Assembly (NCBI GenBank): GCA_963817915.1
Contig: CAWFQL010000017.1
Location: 51,239 to 115,238 of the forward strand
DNA from: an uncultured candidate division Zixibacteria bacterium
Lineage (GTDB): Bacteria; Zixibacteria; MSB-5A5; UBA10806
DNA: 64,000 nucleotides
Direction: 5' to 3'
Made by a program: the position numbers and the translations under genes. Shown here one piece after another: positions 60,426 through 64,000 of this stretch (positions within the stretch are counted from its first letter, which is position 1; each line of letters starts with the position of its first letter). Under the pieces are notes generated by a model. The model was not told the DNA's origin. It saw only the letters and a program-made list of their open reading frames with translations, and searched no databases.

Positions 60426-60923
60426 ATGAAAAGGCTAATAATGACCGCCCTGACGGCGGTTTTTTTGTCGGTAATCATTCAGGGATGCTATACCCAATTT
60501 AAATCCAATGAGCCGAAGACAGGCGAACGGGATTATAGCGATTACCAATACTACGATGATTATTATTATAGCCCATTTTATTATGGAATGGGATGGTATC
60601 AGCCATATTTTTACTATCCTTATCCATCATTTTATGGATACATGTATTCGCCATGGTGGTACGATCCCTGGTATTATTATTACGATGACGGGACTCATAA
60701 CTTATTTCCCAGTAATGGCAGCAAGGCAATTCGAAGCAGGGGTTCGCGAGATGGTTCGATACCTCAGACGCCCGGATTTCAATATTCACCTCCAGCCCCG
60801 GCTCAGCCGCCCAGGGGAGGTACTGTGGAAAGCAATCCGCCATCTCCACCGCCATCAAATAACAATCCTCCCGATAAAAAGGAACCCAGGGAATCAGGCA
60901 AATCAACACGCGGCAGAAGATAA
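60426..60923 (+). CDS. lipoprotein with an extreme Tyr/Trp/Phe-rich low-complexity core and Pro-rich basic tail
   Basis: AGGAG lies 9 nt upstream of ATG 60426. Lipobox LSVIIQGC. Core ERDYSDYQYYDDYYYSPFYYGMGWYQPYFYYPYPSFYGYMYSPWWYDPWYYYYDD. Tail PPAPAQPP...PPSPPPSNNNPPDKKEPRESGKSTRGRR. Confidence 0.6.
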   Translation: MKRLIMTALTAVFLSVIIQGCYTQFKSNEPKTGERDYSDYQYYDDYYYSPFYYGMGWYQPYFYYPYPSFYGYMYSPWWYDPWYYYYDDGTHNLFPSNGSKAIRSRGSRDGSIPQTPGFQYSPPAPAQPPRGGTVESNPPSPPPSNNNPPDKKEPRESGKSTRGRR

Positions 60924-60933
60924 GGGGGAATGA

Positions 60934-62223
60934 ATGAAATCAATTAAAATTAGAAATACCGTTATAGTATTTGGTACGACAATTCTGACGCTATTTTTGG
61001 CGCAGCTTTTATTGGCGCAGATTTACGATGATCCAAGCATGGTTTATGAGCCCGCCACCGAAGGCGGTTTTATTCCGGGCGCTCGCGCCGCCGGGATGGG
61101 CGGTGCCCAAATTGCCGCCGGAAATGATGGTTCCGCGCTTTGGTATAATCCTGCCTTGATTACACGAATCAGGAAAACCGAACTCTCAGCAACATTGACT
61201 CATCAGAGAATAACGAATAAAACCACGTTTCCGTTTTATTCTATACCTTCAGCCGTTGTAAGCAATACCAGGCTTGGATCACTTTGGGCGATCTATCCAT
61301 TGGCGACTGTAAGAGGCGGACTATCTCTGGGATTGTCGATCAATCGGGTAAAAAGTTTTGACAGAATATTCCGTTACGCCTCAAGCCCGACTTGGATTGA
61401 TAGGCCTAATGTCGATGGCTGGGGTGGCGGCGAAGATGAATCGGGTGGACTTTGGGCTTATTCATTTGGTGCGGCTGTTGAAGTCTCTCCAAAGGTGAGT
61501 GTTGGCGGGTCGTTGGATATACTCGATGGAACTGATAATTACGGCTTTTTCTTCAATTCATTGTCGTTATCAGGAACTCATACGTTTGATGAAACCAAAG
61601 AAATCAACGATAGCTATACCGGTATAAGCGGCAAAATAGGGGCGACATATTCTGCCAATAATTACCTGACATTGGGCGCCATAGTCGGATTACCGCAAAG
61701 TATCAATGTCGATCAAACATCCAGCCATTTTATAAATGAGACCGATAGTTTGCCATACTCATTTCGTGGAGCGATTTCTTATCGTTATTCATTACCGTTC
61801 TCATTCGGCGCGGGAGCGGCATTCTCATTCAACGGGCTTATAATTACTGGGGACTTCAAATATCTCGATTATTCTCAGCTTGAATATCAATCCGGGATAG
61901 ACTCTATATCGCTGGCCAATATGACAGCCAGGCACTATTACAAGGAAACATTCAATCTCCACGCTGGGGCGGAATATTCAATCCCTGGGACAACATTAAA
62001 AGTAAGAGCGGGGTATTATCGAGAGCCGATACCATTCAAAGGCAATTTAGTTGAAATAGAGCCTAATTATTATACTATGGGATTAGGCTATATCGTAGAT
62101 AATAATCTGAATTTCGATTTCGCGCTTATGAACGGCTCGTGGAAACGTAATGATGTCAATCTTGAATACAAGGAAAAATATTCTCCGCTTCGTTTCATGC
62201 TGACAATGTCATATAGATTGTAG
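60934..62223 (+). CDS. outer-membrane beta-barrel of the FadL/PorV-like type
   Basis: Signal peptide. N-terminal GARAAGMGGAQIAAGNDGSALWYNPALI motif seen in FadL/PorV/PorQ-like barrels. Alternating beta-strands to the C-terminal MLTMSYRL. Confidence 0.5.
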   Translation: MKSIKIRNTVIVFGTTILTLFLAQLLLAQIYDDPSMVYEPATEGGFIPGARAAGMGGAQIAAGNDGSALWYNPALITRIRKTELSATLTHQRITNKTTFPFYSIPSAVVSNTRLGSLWAIYPLATVRGGLSLGLSINRVKSFDRIFRYASSPTWIDRPNVDGWGGGEDESGGLWAYSFGAAVEVSPKVSVGGSLDILDGTDNYGFFFNSLSLSGTHTFDETKEINDSYTGISGKIGATYSANNYLTLGAIVGLPQSINVDQTSSHFINETDSLPYSFRGAISYRYSLPFSFGAGAAFSFNGLIITGDFKYLDYSQLEYQSGIDSISLANMTARHYYKETFNLHAGAEYSIPGTTLKVRAGYYREPIPFKGNLVEIEPNYYTMGLGYIVDNNLNFDFALMNGSWKRNDVNLEYKEKYSPLRFMLTMSYRL

Positions 62224-62247
62224 ATAAATTAATACTGTAGTTCAAGG

Positions 62248-62283
62248 TGTCGCAGGGTCGCCGTACCAGGCGACATTTTTTTT
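62248..62283 (+). terminator. rho-independent terminator of the three-gene OM operon
   Basis: gtcgcc gtacca ggcgac stem (alternative outer tgtcgc/gcgaca) followed by a T8 run (62276-62283). Confidence 0.7.
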
Positions 62284-62336
62284 AATGACGGAGACCCGCC
62301 ACCATACGATGTTGACTGAAGACTATCCGGGTCGTC

Positions 62337-62497
62337 GTCATTGCGAATCCGCCTTCGGCGGATATGGCAATCTCACTGCGCGAATGTATATACTTTCGTA
62401 TATTTTTATACAGTATTTTTAAGTTATATTACTCCCGAATCAATGTTCTCACGGCGATGAGATTGCCATGGCCGGCGTACGCCGGCCTCGCAATGAC
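62337..62497. repeat. split inverted-repeat element: the two arms of the gtcattgcga...caatctc / gagattg...tcgcaatgac family separated by an 84-nt AT-rich insert
   Basis: Arms at 62337..62374 and 62459..62497 each hold an inner hairpin (ccgccttcggcgg; ggccggcgtacgccggcc). Followed by gatgtcgggtttctcatccgcc, also seen at 28084. Confidence 0.75.
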
Positions 62498-62612
62498 GAT
62501 ATGATGTCGGGTTTCTCATCCGCCTATGGCGGATTCGGAACGCCGACCTACCCTTGCTTTTAGCATTGACAATCAAAGACCATAATTATTTTATAGGCAG
62601 CGGAGAAATGAT

Positions 62613-63800
62613 ATGCTGTCACTTGCTTTACTGTTTGTTCTCACTGTCTTATTAATACGAATCAAATTTCCCATAGGATTTGCATTATTGATTGGAGCGA
62701 TTTTCCTGGGGATTTATCATTTCGGATTAAAAAATGAATTTTGGATGATGCTGTATAATTCATTAAAGAATCTCGAAAGCTGGAAATTGGTTTTGACAGT
62801 GTCATTGATTTTGACATTCGCGAATATTTACGAGGACGAAGGTTTTGTAAAATCGATGGTCGATTCATTGAAATCATTTTTGCCGCCAAGCTGGGTGGCA
62901 ATAACCGGACCTGCAATAATCGGATTGCTGCCTATGCCTGGCGGGGCTATGGTTTCGGCGCCATTGGTTAAAGAGATTGCATCGGGGACTGATGCCACAC
63001 CGGCAGAATTAACCGCTGTCAATTATTGGTGGCGGCACGTTTGGGAGACAACATGGCCGTTGTATCCAAGCATTATTCTGGCCGCGGCGGTGCTCAATGT
63101 TTCAGTATGGAATGTAGCCATGATCAATTTTCCTATCAGCATAATGTGCATTATAACCGGACTATTTTTAAAAAAAATCGGTCCAAGACATATTCAATCG
63201 CCTCATTTCAATGGCCTAAAATTACTTCTGTCGCTATGGCCGTTGATCTTTATTGTTTTGTTGGGGCTGATTTTTAAGATCGATCTGATTCTTTCCGTGG
63301 TTTTCGTAATTTTGGTGGTTGTTCTTACACAACGAATTCATATCAATAAAATATGGAACGGGATCAAACGAGGTTTTGCATTCGATATTATCGCTCTTAT
63401 CTTCGGTGTGATGACTCTGATGAATGCTATCGAAACAACAGGAACTGCCGGACATTTTTATGATGAATTGGTGATTCTTCATATACCATCATTTTTGGTT
63501 GTATTTGTTGTTCCATTTGTGGTGGGGCTTTTGACCGGAGTGACATCGGCATACATTGGTGTGGCATTTCCGGTTATAATGCCGATGGTTGGCACGGCAG
63601 ATCTTACTCAGTCCGCAGGAATGCTTTTAGCATTCGCAGGCGGCTTTATGGGGGTAATCGCCTCGCCGGTTCATCTATGTCTGGTGCTTACACAGAAGTA
63701 TTTTGGGGCCTCATTTTTGAGGACATTAAGGCTCCTGGCAATTCCAATAATAATGACTTCTGTTATTTCCTGGATTGTGGCTTTGTATATTTATCAGTAA
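62613..63800 (+). CDS. DUF401-family polytopic membrane protein (putative transporter)
   Basis: 395 aa, about 11 TM helices, GLLPMPGGAMVSAPLV motif. Confidence 0.5.
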   Translation: MLSLALLFVLTVLLIRIKFPIGFALLIGAIFLGIYHFGLKNEFWMMLYNSLKNLESWKLVLTVSLILTFANIYEDEGFVKSMVDSLKSFLPPSWVAITGPAIIGLLPMPGGAMVSAPLVKEIASGTDATPAELTAVNYWWRHVWETTWPLYPSIILAAAVLNVSVWNVAMINFPISIMCIITGLFLKKIGPRHIQSPHFNGLKLLLSLWPLIFIVLLGLIFKIDLILSVVFVILVVVLTQRIHINKIWNGIKRGFAFDIIALIFGVMTLMNAIETTGTAGHFYDELVILHIPSFLVVFVVPFVVGLLTGVTSAYIGVAFPVIMPMVGTADLTQSAGMLLAFAGGFMGVIASPVHLCLVLTQKYFGASFLRTLRLLAIPIIMTSVISWIVALYIYQ

Positions 63801-63856
63801 TATTAATTTTAAAGTAAATATTTTATAATGTCGATACCATTCATAGGAGAAACAAT

Positions 63857-64000
63857 ATGAGCGATCTGGCTACTATAATAATGGGTATTTCTATCGTTGT
63901 TCTTGCCTGGACAATTGCGAGGATCAACGAGAAAATCGACAGACAGATAAAAAAATTCAAAAGATTTGAAGAAGCGCTTAAGAAAAATGCCACCGGCCGC
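63857..64000 (+). CDS. small membrane protein, 3'-truncated by the window edge
   Basis: ATG 63857 lies 7 nt after GGAGA. MSDLATIIMGISIVVLAWTIARINEKIDRQIKKFKRFEEALKKNATGR... is open to the end of the window. Confidence 0.35.
   Translation, partial: MSDLATIIMGISIVVLAWTIARINEKIDRQIKKFKRFEEALKKNATGR

Noticed and set aside
60499-60933. ORFs 60499..60909 (minus) and 60508..60933 (plus) overlapping the Tyr-rich lipoprotein gene.
   Set aside because: They are by-products of the low-complexity TAT/TAC-rich sequence. Only the 60426 frame has an SD, a lipoprotein signal peptide and operon-consistent spacing.

Overview
A 64-kb piece of bacterial chromosome with no rRNA, tRNA or CRISPR array that I could recognise. 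Several genes end in T9SS-type C-terminal sorting domains, and there are LVIVD and BNR beta-propeller cargo proteins. This suggests an uncultivated member of the FCB (Fibrobacteres-Chlorobi-Bacteroidetes) radiation, but that assignment is inference only.

Gene content in order:
- A caa3-type cytochrome c oxidase operon with assembly genes: coxB (5'-truncated), coxA, coxC, subunit IV, ctaA, SCO1 and DUF420.
- Two secreted proteins (T9SS cargo; alkaline-phosphatase-like enzyme with dockerin repeats).
- A visibly AT-rich three-gene island: PP-loop amidotransferase, NodU-type carbamoyltransferase and HemK-like methyltransferase.
- An orphan GlmL/MutL-family ATPase, a REP-associated tyrosine transposase (RAYT) flanked by REP hairpins, a ChrB-domain protein, OsmC, and a GIY-YIG nuclease embedded in hairpin-repeat arrays.
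- Housekeeping genes on the minus strand: glyQS, recO, ftsB, eno, polyprenyl synthase and an SDR.
- Two large, degraded T9SS cargo genes surrounded by about 0.5-0.8-kb fields of GC-rich hairpins.
- A long plus-strand housekeeping block: yajC, def, fmt, rng, O-antigen ligase, rplU-bamA-skp-lpxD, trxA, rhomboid, ccdA, a Ser/Thr kinase, a coupled hydrolase operon and others.
- A compact outer-membrane operon encoding an extremely tyrosine-rich lipoprotein.

Two window-wide features stand out:
- Almost every larger intergenic region is filled with several families of short palindromic (REP/BIME-like) elements.
- At least 10 otherwise recognisable genes are interrupted by about 14 single-nucleotide frame breaks. 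Most sit at short homopolymers and they are concentrated in surface or accessory genes.

All calls come from reading the translations and the DNA by eye. No database search was run.
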